Positions 8,522 through 18,358 of a stretch of 64,000 nt of DNA are shown here, piece after piece (position 1 is the first letter of the stretch; each line of letters begins with the position of its first letter). Origin of the DNA: Candidatus Omnitrophota bacterium (GTDB lineage: Bacteria; Omnitrophota; Gorgyraeia; Tantalellales; Tantalellaceae); contig JBDRBG010000116.1 in assembly GCA_043823005.1 (NCBI GenBank), positions 3,989 through 67,988 of the forward strand, written 5' to 3'. Below the pieces are notes generated by a model. The model was not told the origin of the DNA, did no database searches, and saw only the letters and a list, made by a program, of their open reading frames with translations. Made by a program: the position numbers and the translations under genes.

Positions 8522-11374
8522 GTGGCAGTGAAAGGAAAACGGAAAGATATGGGACAGCAAGAAAAAAAGAAAACATATAAAGATACATTGAACTTACCGA
8601 AAACTTCATTTTCTATGAAGGCTAATCTTCCTCAAAAAGAACCGTTATTATTAAAAAAATGGCAAGAGGATGAAATTTATTCGAAAATAGTTTCTAAAAG
8701 AAAAGGATCTGATAAAGTTTTTATCCTTCATGACGGGCCTCCTTATGCTAACGGACATATTCATATGGGACATGTTCTTAATAAAATGCTTAAGGATATA
8801 TGTGTAAAATTTTTTACTATGAGAGGTTTTTTCTCTCCGTTTGTCCCTGGCTGGGATTGTCATGGTTTGCCCGTGGAGCATCAGCTTTTCAAAGAACTTA
8901 AAATGACCAAGCATGATATTGACCAGGTTGATTTTCGTAAAAAAGCGTATAAATACGCGATGAAATACGTAAAAATACAGGCGGAAGAATTTAAACGTCT
9001 GGGGATATTCGGGGATTGGGAAAATCCGTATTTAACGCTGACTAAAGATTATGAGGCTGATATCTTAACGGTATTGGCTGATCTTTGTGAAAAAGGATAT
9101 ATTTATAAGGATCTTAAACCGGTAAACTGGTGCGCTAAATGTGAGACGGCTTTGGCCGAAGCTGAAGTAGAATATGAGGATAAAATTTCTCCTTCAATTT
9201 ATATCAAATTCAAAGCAGAAGAGGGTTTTAATAGCAAGGAAACCTTTTTTATTATATGGACAACAACTCCATGGACACTTTTAGCTAATGTTGCTCTGGC
9301 GCTTCATCCGGATTTCAAATATGTATTGGTTGATGTTTGCGGAGAAATATGGATCATGGCAAAGGATCTCGTCGGACCGTTAATGGCCAAATTCGGTATA
9401 GACAAATTTGAAATTCTGAAAGAGATGCGGGGTGAAAAAATAGCGGATGTTTTTAAAAAGGCAGTACATCCTTTTATTGAAAGAGAATCAGCGGTTGTTA
9501 CGGCAGATTATGTTACGAAAGAAGAAGGTACAGGATGTGTGCATATTGCTCCGGGTCATGGGCAGGAAGATTACCTTACGGGTAAAAAATATTCTCTTCC
9601 TGTGATTATGCCGGTTAATAGCGAGGGTAAATTTACAACAGAGACAGGTGAATTTGCCGGCCAAAAAGTTTTGGACGCGAATAAAGCGATAATAGAGAAG
9701 ATGAAAGAAAATGGAACTCTTGTTAAAGTCGAAGATGTCAGCCATTCATATCCGCATTGCTGGAGATGTAAAGATCCTATAATATTCCGCGCTACTGAAC
9801 AATGGTTTGTTCGGATAGATCATCTTGATTTGAGAAAAAAAATAGCTGATGTGATCAGTAAAGAAGTGGAATGGATCCCCAGCTTTGGCCGGGAACGTAT
9901 AGGAGCAATGATGGCTGTTCGTCCTGACTGGTGTTTGTCCAGACAAAGATATTGGGGAGTTCCTATTCCTGCGTTTCAATGCCGTTCATGTTCGGAAGCA
10001 TTTACAACACCTGAAATCATAAGAAAAACAGCCGAACTTACGCGCAAGAACGGAGCAGATGTATGGTTTGAAAAAGACAATAGTGAATTTCTAGCCGCAG
10101 GGTTCAAGTGCAGGAAATGCGGGAGTGAGGATTTTATAAAAGAACAGGATATATTAGATGTATGGTTTGATTCAGGGGTAAGTTACAAAGCCGTACTGGA
10201 AGCGAGAGAAGATCTTAGATGTCCCGCGGATCTATATCTTGAGGGGTCGGATCAGCACAGGGGGTGGTTTCAGTCCTCTATTATAACGAGTATGGCGGCA
10301 AAGGAACAAGCTCCTTATAAGAAAGTATTGACTCACGGGTTTGTGGTTGACGGAAAAGGTAAAAAAATGTCAAAATCTGTGGGAAATGTTATAAGCCCCC
10401 AGGATATTATGCCTAAATACGGGGCGGATATTTTAAGGTTGTGGGTAGCTTCCAGTGATTATATGGGAGATGTAAAACTTTCAACCGAGATTCTTGAGAG
10501 ACTTGCTGATGGATATCGTAAAATGAGAAATACTTTTCGGTTTCTTTTAAGTAATCTGTATGATTTTGATGAAAGTAAGGATACTGTTGATGACAGCAAT
10601 ATGCTTTCAGAGCTTGACAGATGGATGTTATCCAGGCTTGGATCTCTGGTAACTGATGTTACCGGACACTATGAAAAATGCGAATTTTATAAAGTATACA
10701 GGGCTATTTATAATTTTTGCGTATATGAAGTAAGCGCTGTTTATTTAGATGTTGTAAAAGATGTTTTATATGTATCCGGGGCCGGATCTTTTGAGCGCAG
10801 ATCCGGTCAGACCGTTATTTTTAACGTTCTTTCGATTCTTTTGAGGCTAGTCGCTCCAATACTTCCATTTACTTCGGAAGAAGCCTGGCAGGAGATTCGG
10901 ATGAAAGATAAGGAAAAGAGCGTTCATATGGCGGATTGGCCGGATACTGAAATATCCGGTTGGAAAGATCAGGATTTGGATGTGAAATGGGAAAAATTGC
11001 TTCATCTTCGAAACTCTGTCATGAAGTTTCTTGAACTAAAAAGAGAAAAGGGATTGATTGGGAGTTCGCTGGAAGCCGCTGTAATATTTTGCCCTGAGGA
11101 AGAAAATATGGCAGAATTTGTGAGAAAAAACATCGATCTTTTTTCAGTTCTTTTTAAAATATCACAGGCAGAGGCCGTAGAGTCAAAAGATCGAGATAAA
11201 TATGAGTTTGAAAAAGTAGAAGATATGCCTCTAAGCATAGCAGTAAACAAAGCGAAAGGTGAAAAATGTCAGAGATGTTGGAACTATAGTGAAACAGTAG
11301 GTAAAAGCGAGGAATTTTTAGATCTATGTAAAAGATGCCAGGATGTAATTCTAGAAAGGAGCCATAATGGTTAA
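8522..11374 (+). CDS. ileS: Isoleucyl-tRNA synthetase (type 1, C-terminal Zn finger)
   Basis: HIGH (PPYANGHIHMGH), KMSKS (KKMSKSVGN) and C-terminal CxxC...CxxC. Alternative start at ATG ~8549 (MGQQEKKKTYKDTLNLPKT is the usual IleRS N-terminus). Confidence 0.9.
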   Translation: MAVKGKRKDMGQQEKKKTYKDTLNLPKTSFSMKANLPQKEPLLLKKWQEDEIYSKIVSKRKGSDKVFILHDGPPYANGHIHMGHVLNKMLKDICVKFFTMRGFFSPFVPGWDCHGLPVEHQLFKELKMTKHDIDQVDFRKKAYKYAMKYVKIQAEEFKRLGIFGDWENPYLTLTKDYEADILTVLADLCEKGYIYKDLKPVNWCAKCETALAEAEVEYEDKISPSIYIKFKAEEGFNSKETFFIIWTTTPWTLLANVALALHPDFKYVLVDVCGEIWIMAKDLVGPLMAKFGIDKFEILKEMRGEKIADVFKKAVHPFIERESAVVTADYVTKEEGTGCVHIAPGHGQEDYLTGKKYSLPVIMPVNSEGKFTTETGEFAGQKVLDANKAIIEKMKENGTLVKVEDVSHSYPHCWRCKDPIIFRATEQWFVRIDHLDLRKKIADVISKEVEWIPSFGRERIGAMMAVRPDWCLSRQRYWGVPIPAFQCRSCSEAFTTPEIIRKTAELTRKNGADVWFEKDNSEFLAAGFKCRKCGSEDFIKEQDILDVWFDSGVSYKAVLEAREDLRCPADLYLEGSDQHRGWFQSSIITSMAAKEQAPYKKVLTHGFVVDGKGKKMSKSVGNVISPQDIMPKYGADILRLWVASSDYMGDVKLSTEILERLADGYRKMRNTFRFLLSNLYDFDESKDTVDDSNMLSELDRWMLSRLGSLVTDVTGHYEKCEFYKVYRAIYNFCVYEVSAVYLDVVKDVLYVSGAGSFERRSGQTVIFNVLSILLRLVAPILPFTSEEAWQEIRMKDKEKSVHMADWPDTEISGWKDQDLDVKWEKLLHLRNSVMKFLELKREKGLIGSSLEAAVIFCPEEENMAEFVRKNIDLFSVLFKISQAEAVESKDRDKYEFEKVEDMPLSIAVNKAKGEKCQRCWNYSETVGKSEEFLDLCKRCQDVILERSHNG

Positions 11375-11783
11375 CAAAAAAACGGATACACAGAAAAGTT
11401 CATTTGCAAAACAGGAACTTGAGGCTATGAGAAAGTACATGCTTAAGAAAAAAGCCGAAATACTCGAAGAGATTGTATCGCTCAAAGGAGAAGGCCTTAA
11501 TAAGTCTTTTAGAGACGCTTCAGGAGATCTTTCGGGGTATTCTTTTCATATGGCAGATATGGCAACGGATCTTTATGATAGGGAATTTTCTCTTGAACTT
11601 GCGGAAGGAGAAAGAGAAAGATTGTATGCTTTTGATGAAGCGATAAAGCGTATTGACGAAGGTGTATATGGAAAATGCGCGTTTTGCGGGGGAGACATAT
11701 CAAAATCAAGGCTTAAGGCTATGCCTCAAGCTGAATATTGTATAAAATGTCAGGAGAAAGAAGAAAAGTCAGCAGGAAAATAG
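11367..11783 (+). CDS. DksA/TraR family C4-type zinc-finger protein
   Basis: 138 aa with a coiled-coil N-terminus and C-terminal CAFCGG...CIKC four-Cys motif. Confidence 0.7.
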   Translation: MVNKKTDTQKSSFAKQELEAMRKYMLKKKAEILEEIVSLKGEGLNKSFRDASGDLSGYSFHMADMATDLYDREFSLELAEGERERLYAFDEAIKRIDEGVYGKCAFCGGDISKSRLKAMPQAEYCIKCQEKEEKSAGK

Positions 11784-12313
11784 TGTTTTTTATTTTTTTG
11801 ATATTCTTCATAGGAATTCTGGATCAAGCTTCTAAATTTTATATAGTGCTTAGGCTTGATGAGGGATCCAGTATTCCGATAATTAAGGGGATCTTCCATT
11901 TAACGCATGTACATAATACAGGCGCTGCGTTTGGTATCTTTAAAGGGTATTCATATTTTTTTATTAGTATTACTGTTTTATTTCTGTTATTTTTCGGATA
12001 TATGCTTATCCTGAGAATATTCAGGCGAAGTTATATGCCGGGTTTGTCCGGCGATATCGATAGTGCGGTACAGGGGAAATCTAAAAAAAAATATTTTATG
12101 GATATCAGTTTAAGGGATTTTAATTTTTCAGAAACAATAGCTTTGAGTTTTATTATAGCCGGAACAATAGGAAACTTGATTGATAGGATACGTTTTGGTT
12201 ATGTTATCGATTTTATTGATTTCAGGGTATGGCCTGTGTTTAATATTGCGGATAGTTTTATTACTATCGGGGCTGTTATTCTAATGGCTAGTTTCCTTAG
12301 AAAAAAGGGATAG
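11738..12313 (+). CDS. lspA: Lipoprotein signal peptidase II
   Basis: VHNTGAAFGIF and NIADSFIT motifs and four TM segments. Follows ileS as in many bacteria. Confidence 0.85.
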   Translation: MYKMSGERRKVSRKIVFFIFLIFFIGILDQASKFYIVLRLDEGSSIPIIKGIFHLTHVHNTGAAFGIFKGYSYFFISITVLFLLFFGYMLILRIFRRSYMPGLSGDIDSAVQGKSKKKYFMDISLRDFNFSETIALSFIIAGTIGNLIDRIRFGYVIDFIDFRVWPVFNIADSFITIGAVILMASFLRKKG

Positions 12314-12315
12314 AA

Positions 12316-13074
12316 ATGCATCGTATCATTTTACAAATAGGGCCGTTTACTTTGTATTCATATGGATTGCTTGTTGCGACTGCTGTTTTTTTAGCTGTAA
12401 CACTTATTATAAGGCAAGCCAGAAAAAGGGAATTAGAGATCAACAGTGTTATGGATTGTCTTTTATCGGTTATTGCGGGCGGAATAATAGGGGGAAGACT
12501 TTTATTTGTTTTTATAAATTTTGAACATTATTTACGCGAGCCTCTCCGGATATTTATGATATATGAGGGCGGATTGGCCTTTCAAGGGGCGCTGGCAGGC
12601 GGTGTTATTGCCGGGATGATAGCTGTAAGATTAAAAAAAATTAATTTTTGGATAATGGCGGATTTGACAGCTCCTTATGTCGCGTTAGCTCAGGCAGTAG
12701 GAAGAATAGGTTGTTTTTTTAACGGGTGTTGTTATGGCAGGGTTATTGAAAAGGGATTTGGCGTTGTTTTTCCCGGAGAGAATGTATTGCGCATACCGAC
12801 ACAGCTATATTCGAGTTTTTCATTATTTGTTATTTTTCTGATTCTTATAACGATCAGGAAAATGAAAAGGTATGATGACGGTTATTTGGCTGGTATGTAT
12901 CTTATTTTATATTCGATTTTTAGATTTTTTCTTGATTTTTTAAGGGGAGATGATTCGTTGCTTTTTTTTGGGATAAGACTTTCGCAGGTGATTAGTATCG
13001 GACTTTTTCTTAGCGGAAGCGTTGTGTTTTTGATTTTGAAGCGTAAAAATGGTATAAAAAAAAATAGCCGTTAA
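12316..13074 (+). CDS. lgt: Prolipoprotein diacylglyceryl transferase
   Basis: GGIIGGRLLFV signature and a multi-TM protein. Adjacent to lspA. Confidence 0.85.
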   Translation: MHRIILQIGPFTLYSYGLLVATAVFLAVTLIIRQARKRELEINSVMDCLLSVIAGGIIGGRLLFVFINFEHYLREPLRIFMIYEGGLAFQGALAGGVIAGMIAVRLKKINFWIMADLTAPYVALAQAVGRIGCFFNGCCYGRVIEKGFGVVFPGENVLRIPTQLYSSFSLFVIFLILITIRKMKRYDDGYLAGMYLILYSIFRFFLDFLRGDDSLLFFGIRLSQVISIGLFLSGSVVFLILKRKNGIKKNSR

Positions 13075-13309
13075 GGTACAAAAACACGGTTGGGACAAAC
13101 AGGTTCTCTGCGGAGGTATACATAGTGGGGGGACACGCTGATAAGCACCTGTTGCCGTGTTGCTCGAAAATAGCGCACGGTTCGCAAAGACAAAAAAAAC
13201 CGTCTTTACGAGGAGAATAGCGGTTCATTCGTCTTTGCGAGGAGCGAAGCGACGAAGCAATCTCAATAAAAGTAAAAAATTTTCAACAGTACGGAGGCCG
13301 GAATACGAT

Positions 13310-14236
13310 ATGAACAAATATAAATTTGTTGTTGCGGAAGAAGAAGCAGGAATGCGGGTGGACAAATATGTCTCAGTTAAAATAGGAGAAGATTATTCAA
13401 GAACATATGTAAAAGCGTTGATTGAAAAAGGATTGGTTCTTCTTAACGGAGACAGGATTAAGCCGTGTAATAGTATACGCGAGAATGATGAGGTTTTTGT
13501 TGAGTTCATAGAATCCCCGGCTTTTATTAATAACCTTGAGGCGGAGAATATTCCTTTAAAAGTTGTTTATGAAGATGAATGGGTGATTGTAGTGGATAAA
13601 CCCGTAGGGATGGTGGTTCATCCCGGAGCCGGAAATAAAAAAGGAACTTTAGTTTCCGCGGTTCTGTATCATTGCGGCAGTCTGCCGGAAACAACGAATA
13701 AATTCAGGCCGGGGATAGTGCACCGGCTGGATAAAGATACTTCAGGAGTTATGGTTGTGGCAAAAAATGATCGGGCATTACGTTCTCTTTCGAAGCAATT
13801 TCAAAACAGAACAGTCACAAAAAAGTATCTGGCGTTGGTAAAAGGCAGAGTAGAAATAGACAATGGAATTGTCGAGGCTCCGATAGCAAGGCATCCGGGA
13901 GACAGAAAAAAAATGAGGGTTGAATTTACTGAAGGTAAAGCCGCAAAGACTATTTATCATGTACTTGGAAGGTTTGAAGGGTTTACGCTTCTCAGGCTTG
14001 AACTTTTGACAGGAAGGACGCATCAGATACGTGTTCATATGCAGCATTTAGGACATCCTGTGATCGGAGATGTGACATACGGGGCGCGGTATGGTATGAA
14101 CCGCCAGGCGCTTCATGCTGAGAGTTTAGGTTTTACTCATCCTGGAACCGGGAAACATGTTGAATTCAGGTCTCCTATGCCGGATGATATAAAATTCTTA
14201 GTGGAGAGAAAAACCCTCAAGGAGAAAAAACAATGA
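13310..14236 (+). CDS. rluD: RluA/RluD-family 23S rRNA pseudouridine synthase (S4 domain)
   Basis: S4 domain (MRVDKYVS...LLNGDRIKP), catalytic HRLDKDTSGVMVVAKN and HQIRVH. The ORF-track start at 13157 runs through repeat DNA; ATG 13310 is preceded by GGAGG. Confidence 0.82.
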   Translation: MNKYKFVVAEEEAGMRVDKYVSVKIGEDYSRTYVKALIEKGLVLLNGDRIKPCNSIRENDEVFVEFIESPAFINNLEAENIPLKVVYEDEWVIVVDKPVGMVVHPGAGNKKGTLVSAVLYHCGSLPETTNKFRPGIVHRLDKDTSGVMVVAKNDRALRSLSKQFQNRTVTKKYLALVKGRVEIDNGIVEAPIARHPGDRKKMRVEFTEGKAAKTIYHVLGRFEGFTLLRLELLTGRTHQIRVHMQHLGHPVIGDVTYGARYGMNRQALHAESLGFTHPGTGKHVEFRSPMPDDIKFLVERKTLKEKKQ

Positions 14237-15522
14237 AATGGACAATCGGAAAAGCTGAACGAGGATTGCGGGGAGAAATTGCGCCGCCTCCGGATAAAAG
14301 CATTTCACATAGAGCCGTGATGTTCGGGTCCATATCTAGAGGGAAAACCCGTATAAAGAATTTTCTTTTTGCCGAAGATTGTATGCGCACTTTTGCGGCT
14401 TTCAAGTTAATGGGGGTAGACATAGAAAGAAAAGGGGATAGTGTATTTATTACAGGTAATGGACTTAGAGGGCTTGATCTTCCGGATAAGGATTTTTACC
14501 TTGGGAATTCAGGGACTACGATGCGTATAATTTCCGGAATCCTTGCCGGCCAGAATTTTACAAGCGTACTTACCGGGGATGAGTCTCTTTCCATAAGGCC
14601 TATGGAAAGAATAATAAAACCTCTTTCTCTGATGGGGGCTGACATAGAGGCAGTAGATGGACATGCTCCTTTAACCATAAGGGGAAAAGGAGTTTTTTTG
14701 ATACCGATCAAGTATACATTGCCGGTGGCAAGCGCTCAGGTAAAATCCTGTATACTTGCGGCAGGCTTATATTCCGAAGGAAAAACAACGGTTATTGAAC
14801 CGTATCAGTCCAGGGATCATACCGAAAGGATGCTGGAATATTTTTCAGCGGAAATACAAAGAAACGGGCTTATTTCGGAGGTGAAAGGAGTGAAAGAGCT
14901 TAACTCTGGAGATATAGATGTTCCCGGAGACATATCAGGCGCGGCTTTTTTTATAGTGGCAGCTCTTCTTGTAAAGGGTTCATTACTTGTTATCCGTAAT
15001 GTAGGAATTAATCCTACTCGTACGGGGCTGATAGATGTTTTGAAAAGGATGGGAGCAAAAATAAGGATACTTGATATGTCTGAAAGAATAGAGCCTGCGG
15101 CAGATCTGGAGATTAAATATTCAGAGCTTAAGAGTACGGTTATAGAGGAAAAAGAAATACCGCTGTTAATCGATGAAATACCTGTATTGATCATAGCCGC
15201 TTTGATGGCAGAGGGACGTACGGTAATAAAAGGCATAAAAGAACTTAAAGTAAAGGAAACAGATCGAATAAAGACAATGAAGCATAACCTGTGTCGTATG
15301 GGGCTTGATATTGCGGAAGAAAACGAGACGTTGATAATTGAGGGTAATTCAAGAAAAATAAAGGCAGCTGAGTTGGAAAGTTTCGGGGATCATCGAATAG
15401 CTATGAGTATGGCTGTAGCCGCTCTTATTAGTGACGGTGAATGCGTGATTAAAAATACGGATTGTACGGAGACCTCTTATCCCGGATTTCTCGGCGATCT
15501 GAAAAAGGTGAGGAGCTTTTAA
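14233..15522 (+). CDS. aroA: 3-phosphoshikimate 1-carboxyvinyltransferase (EPSP synthase)
   Basis: KSISHRAVMFGSIS, LGNSGTTMR and DHRIAMS motifs. ATGA overlap with rluD. Confidence 0.9.
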   Translation: MKWTIGKAERGLRGEIAPPPDKSISHRAVMFGSISRGKTRIKNFLFAEDCMRTFAAFKLMGVDIERKGDSVFITGNGLRGLDLPDKDFYLGNSGTTMRIISGILAGQNFTSVLTGDESLSIRPMERIIKPLSLMGADIEAVDGHAPLTIRGKGVFLIPIKYTLPVASAQVKSCILAAGLYSEGKTTVIEPYQSRDHTERMLEYFSAEIQRNGLISEVKGVKELNSGDIDVPGDISGAAFFIVAALLVKGSLLVIRNVGINPTRTGLIDVLKRMGAKIRILDMSERIEPAADLEIKYSELKSTVIEEKEIPLLIDEIPVLIIAALMAEGRTVIKGIKELKVKETDRIKTMKHNLCRMGLDIAEENETLIIEGNSRKIKAAELESFGDHRIAMSMAVAALISDGECVIKNTDCTETSYPGFLGDLKKVRSF

Positions 15523-15703
15523 GCGCAATCAGGAGGAGGTAGAATTTAAAAGGACGGGCTAAGGGATATTTTTGCTCGGCCTGTTTGTGAAGCTGAAAGC
15601 CTCAGGGGTTTAATCGCGCGCAAAATTTTTAGTATGCACTCAAAATTATAAGTGCTTTATTTCTAGAGTGTTGCAATAAGCTGTTCGTTAGAGGAAAAAA
15701 TGT

Positions 15704-15732
15704 TTGACAAAGATATTTTTCTCTGTTATATT
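15704..15732 (+). promoter_or_regulatory. Sigma70-like promoter upstream of mreB
   Basis: TTGACA, 17-nt spacer, TATATT. About 75 nt upstream of the mreB ATG. Confidence 0.5.
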
Positions 15733-15805
15733 TCTAAAGTTAAGAGGATCTTCCAAACAACATAAATATTAATAATTATAAACATAATAAACCAAAAAAG
15801 GAATT

Positions 15806-16864
15806 ATGCGACAACAACTATCAAAAATATATGATAGTCTTTTAGGGGCTTTTTCCAGTGATATGGGAATAGACTTAGGGACTGCTTCGACTCTTGTATA
15901 TCTGAAGAACGAAGGGATTGTTCTTTGTGAACCTTCAGTAGTAGCGATAGAGTCCGGAACTAATAATGTTTTGGCTGTGGGAGAAGAAGCTAAACGTATG
16001 CTTGGCCGGACCCCGGGAAACATAATTGCTATAAGGCCGATGAGAGACGGAGTAATCGCGGATTTTGATATAACAGAAAGCATGCTGAGATATTTCATAA
16101 AGAAGATCCATAATTCACGCAGTCTTGTAAGGCCTCGTATTGTTGTTGCCGTTCCTTCCGGTATTACTGAAGTCGAACGGCGAGCCGTGAAAGATTCAGC
16201 TTTACACGCCGGCGCGAGGGAAGTATTTATGATTGAAGAGCCTCTTGCGGCGGCTATCGGAGTAGGGCTGCCTATACATGAACCATCCGGTAATATGATC
16301 ATTGATATAGGCGGAGGTACGACGGAAATGGCGGTTATATCTTTAGCCGGAATTGTGTTTGCTAAATCTATCCGTATAGGCGGAGATGAAATGGACGATG
16401 CTATTATTAATTATTTAAAACGGACGTATAATTTAATGGTCGGAGAACGTACTGCTGAAGAGATAAAAATACGCATTGGATCCAGCTATCCTATGAAGGA
16501 AGAAACTACGATGGAAGTCAGGGGCAGGGATATTGTTGCCGGACTTCCCAAAATGATATCAATAACAAGCGAAGAGGTTCGGGAAGCGCTTTCAGAACCA
16601 ATAGCTCAAATAGTCGAAGCCGTAAGAATAACGCTTGAAAGGACTCCTCCTGAATTGTCGGCCGATCTGATAGAAAAAGGATTAATCCTTGCCGGAGGCG
16701 GAGCGCTTCTAAGAGGGCTGGATAAACTTATTGCGGAAGAGACGGGTTTGCCCGTACATCTTGCGGATGATCCTTTAACGGCAGTTGCTTTGGGTACAGG
16801 AAAAGTACTTAGTGAGATGAAATATTTAAAAAAACTGACGGTTTCGCCGAGACTTCAACGATAA
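15806..16864 (+). CDS. mreB: Rod shape-determining protein MreB
   Basis: [27 protein letters not shown] and [12 protein letters not shown] actin-fold motifs. AAGGA SD upstream. Confidence 0.92.
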   Translation: MRQQLSKIYDSLLGAFSSDMGIDLGTASTLVYLKNEGIVLCEPSVVAIESGTNNVLAVGEEAKRMLGRTPGNIIAIRPMRDGVIADFDITESMLRYFIKKIHNSRSLVRPRIVVAVPSGITEVERRAVKDSALHAGAREVFMIEEPLAAAIGVGLPIHEPSGNMIIDIGGGTTEMAVISLAGIVFAKSIRIGGDEMDDAIINYLKRTYNLMVGERTAEEIKIRIGSSYPMKEETTMEVRGRDIVAGLPKMISITSEEVREALSEPIAQIVEAVRITLERTPPELSADLIEKGLILAGGGALLRGLDKLIAEETGLPVHLADDPLTAVALGTGKVLSEMKYLKKLTVSPRLQR

Positions 16865-16885
16865 CAAGAGAAAATAGTTTTCGAT

Positions 16886-17653
16886 GTGCAAAAATTTTTC
16901 CTCCGTAAAAGATTCTGGGTATTTGTTTTATGCGTTATTTTTGTAATAACGCTGGTTCCTGCTTTTTTCCCAAAAATCAAAAAAATTTCCCGCGCCATAA
17001 TATTATTTCCCGCAAAAATCGTTTCTAATACAGCACATATTTTTTCCGATAAACGCGGACTTATTAAAGAAAACAAATTGTTGCGTAAAGATATCATGGA
17101 TCTTTCTTTGGAGGTTGAGCATTATAAAGAACTTGATTCTGAGAATAAACGACTTCGGTTTCTCTTAGCTTTAAAAGAAAAAATGTGGTTTGATACTATT
17201 TGCGCTCAGGTAATAGCCGGAGGGCCGAATAATTGGGAAGGAACGCTTATTATTGATAAAGGTTATGTAAACGGCGTAAAAAGTGATTCCGCGGTATGCT
17301 CTGCAAGGGGATTAGTAGGCAAAATCTCGGAGCTTAGCGAAACTACGAGTTCTGTTATGCTAGTGACACATCCCGGATTTAAGACCGGGGGGATGTTAAG
17401 AGATTCGCGTATAAACGGTATAGTAGCAGGTACAGGGGATAATATGGTGAAAATGATGTATCTTCCGATGGATACCAAAGTAAAAAACGGAGATATTGTT
17501 GTGACTTCTAATTACAGCAGAATATTTCCAAAAGGAATAATAATCGGTAAAGTGGTGGCAGTAGGCAGAAGTACGACAGGATTATATAAATACGCGATAA
17601 TCAAGCCTGCTTCTGATCTTTTTAAACTAGAAGAAGTTTTGTGCGCTGTTTAG
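16886..17653 (+). CDS. mreC: Rod shape-determining protein MreC
   Basis: N-terminal TM, coiled coil, C-terminal beta domain. Follows mreB. Confidence 0.8.
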   Translation: MQKFFLRKRFWVFVLCVIFVITLVPAFFPKIKKISRAIILFPAKIVSNTAHIFSDKRGLIKENKLLRKDIMDLSLEVEHYKELDSENKRLRFLLALKEKMWFDTICAQVIAGGPNNWEGTLIIDKGYVNGVKSDSAVCSARGLVGKISELSETTSSVMLVTHPGFKTGGMLRDSRINGIVAGTGDNMVKMMYLPMDTKVKNGDIVVTSNYSRIFPKGIIIGKVVAVGRSTTGLYKYAIIKPASDLFKLEEVLCAV

Positions 17654-17729
17654 CAGAAGTTTTTGGCCGGGGGGCCGGTTTTGAAAAGGCCGGCGCAAAA
17701 ATTTTTTTACTAACATTTGGATTCTTATC

Positions 17730-18212
17730 ATGAAAAGATTTTTAAAACTATTTTTTGTATTTGTTGTTTGCGGCGCGATACAAGTAAAAGCTGTGAAAAA
17801 TATTTCTTTTTTTCCGCATTTAATCTTTCTTGTAGTGATGTATGAAGGTGTTTTTTTAGGAATTAAAGAAGGAATTTTAGCCGGGGTTATGGGAGGTTTT
17901 ATAAACGGGTGTTTTTCCGGCGGAACGTTTTTTTTAGGCCTGGCAAGTTTTCCGATCGCGGCTGTTGCGGCTTTTCTTTTGGCTAAAATGTTGAACAGAC
18001 AAAATCCGGCAGTTCAGATGTTTGCGGTTATGGCCGGTTTGTGCGGTATAGTCATGATGCATATATCTTATTTTTCTATTATTAATGACAGCGCGATAAA
18101 CTTCTTGTCAGTATTTCGTTCTAATATAAGAAACCTGGTGTTTACAGTGCTGGTCGCTCCGTTATTTTTTTGTTTTCTTAATAAATTTTTAAGGATCAGA
18201 AATGCGGATTAA
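17730..18212 (+). CDS. mreD: Rod shape-determining protein MreD
   Basis: 160 aa polytopic membrane protein between mreC and mrdA. Confidence 0.65.
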   Translation: MKRFLKLFFVFVVCGAIQVKAVKNISFFPHLIFLVVMYEGVFLGIKEGILAGVMGGFINGCFSGGTFFLGLASFPIAAVAAFLLAKMLNRQNPAVQMFAVMAGLCGIVMMHISYFSIINDSAINFLSVFRSNIRNLVFTVLVAPLFFCFLNKFLRIRNAD

Positions 18213-18358
18213 TGTTAATGGGGACGGTTCTGAAATTAATTCCGGACCTGTCCCAATCTTAATCCCGGAGGTGTCCCCGCAAAACAAAACTAAAGATTTT
18301 TGTTTTTTGGGAACAGGGTTTATTAATTTTCATTTTTATTTTTGTTTAATCGCGTCAC

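Noticed and set aside
13157-13309. 5' extension of the rluD-family ORF (MLLENSARFAKTKKTVFTRRIAVHSSLRGAKRRSNLNKSKKFSTVRRPEYD)
   Set aside because: This segment is R1 repeat DNA (GTCTTTACGAGGAG...GTCTTTGCGAGGAGCGAAGCGACGAAGCAATCTC). The ATG at 13310 is preceded by GGAGG and matches the usual S4-domain N-terminus.
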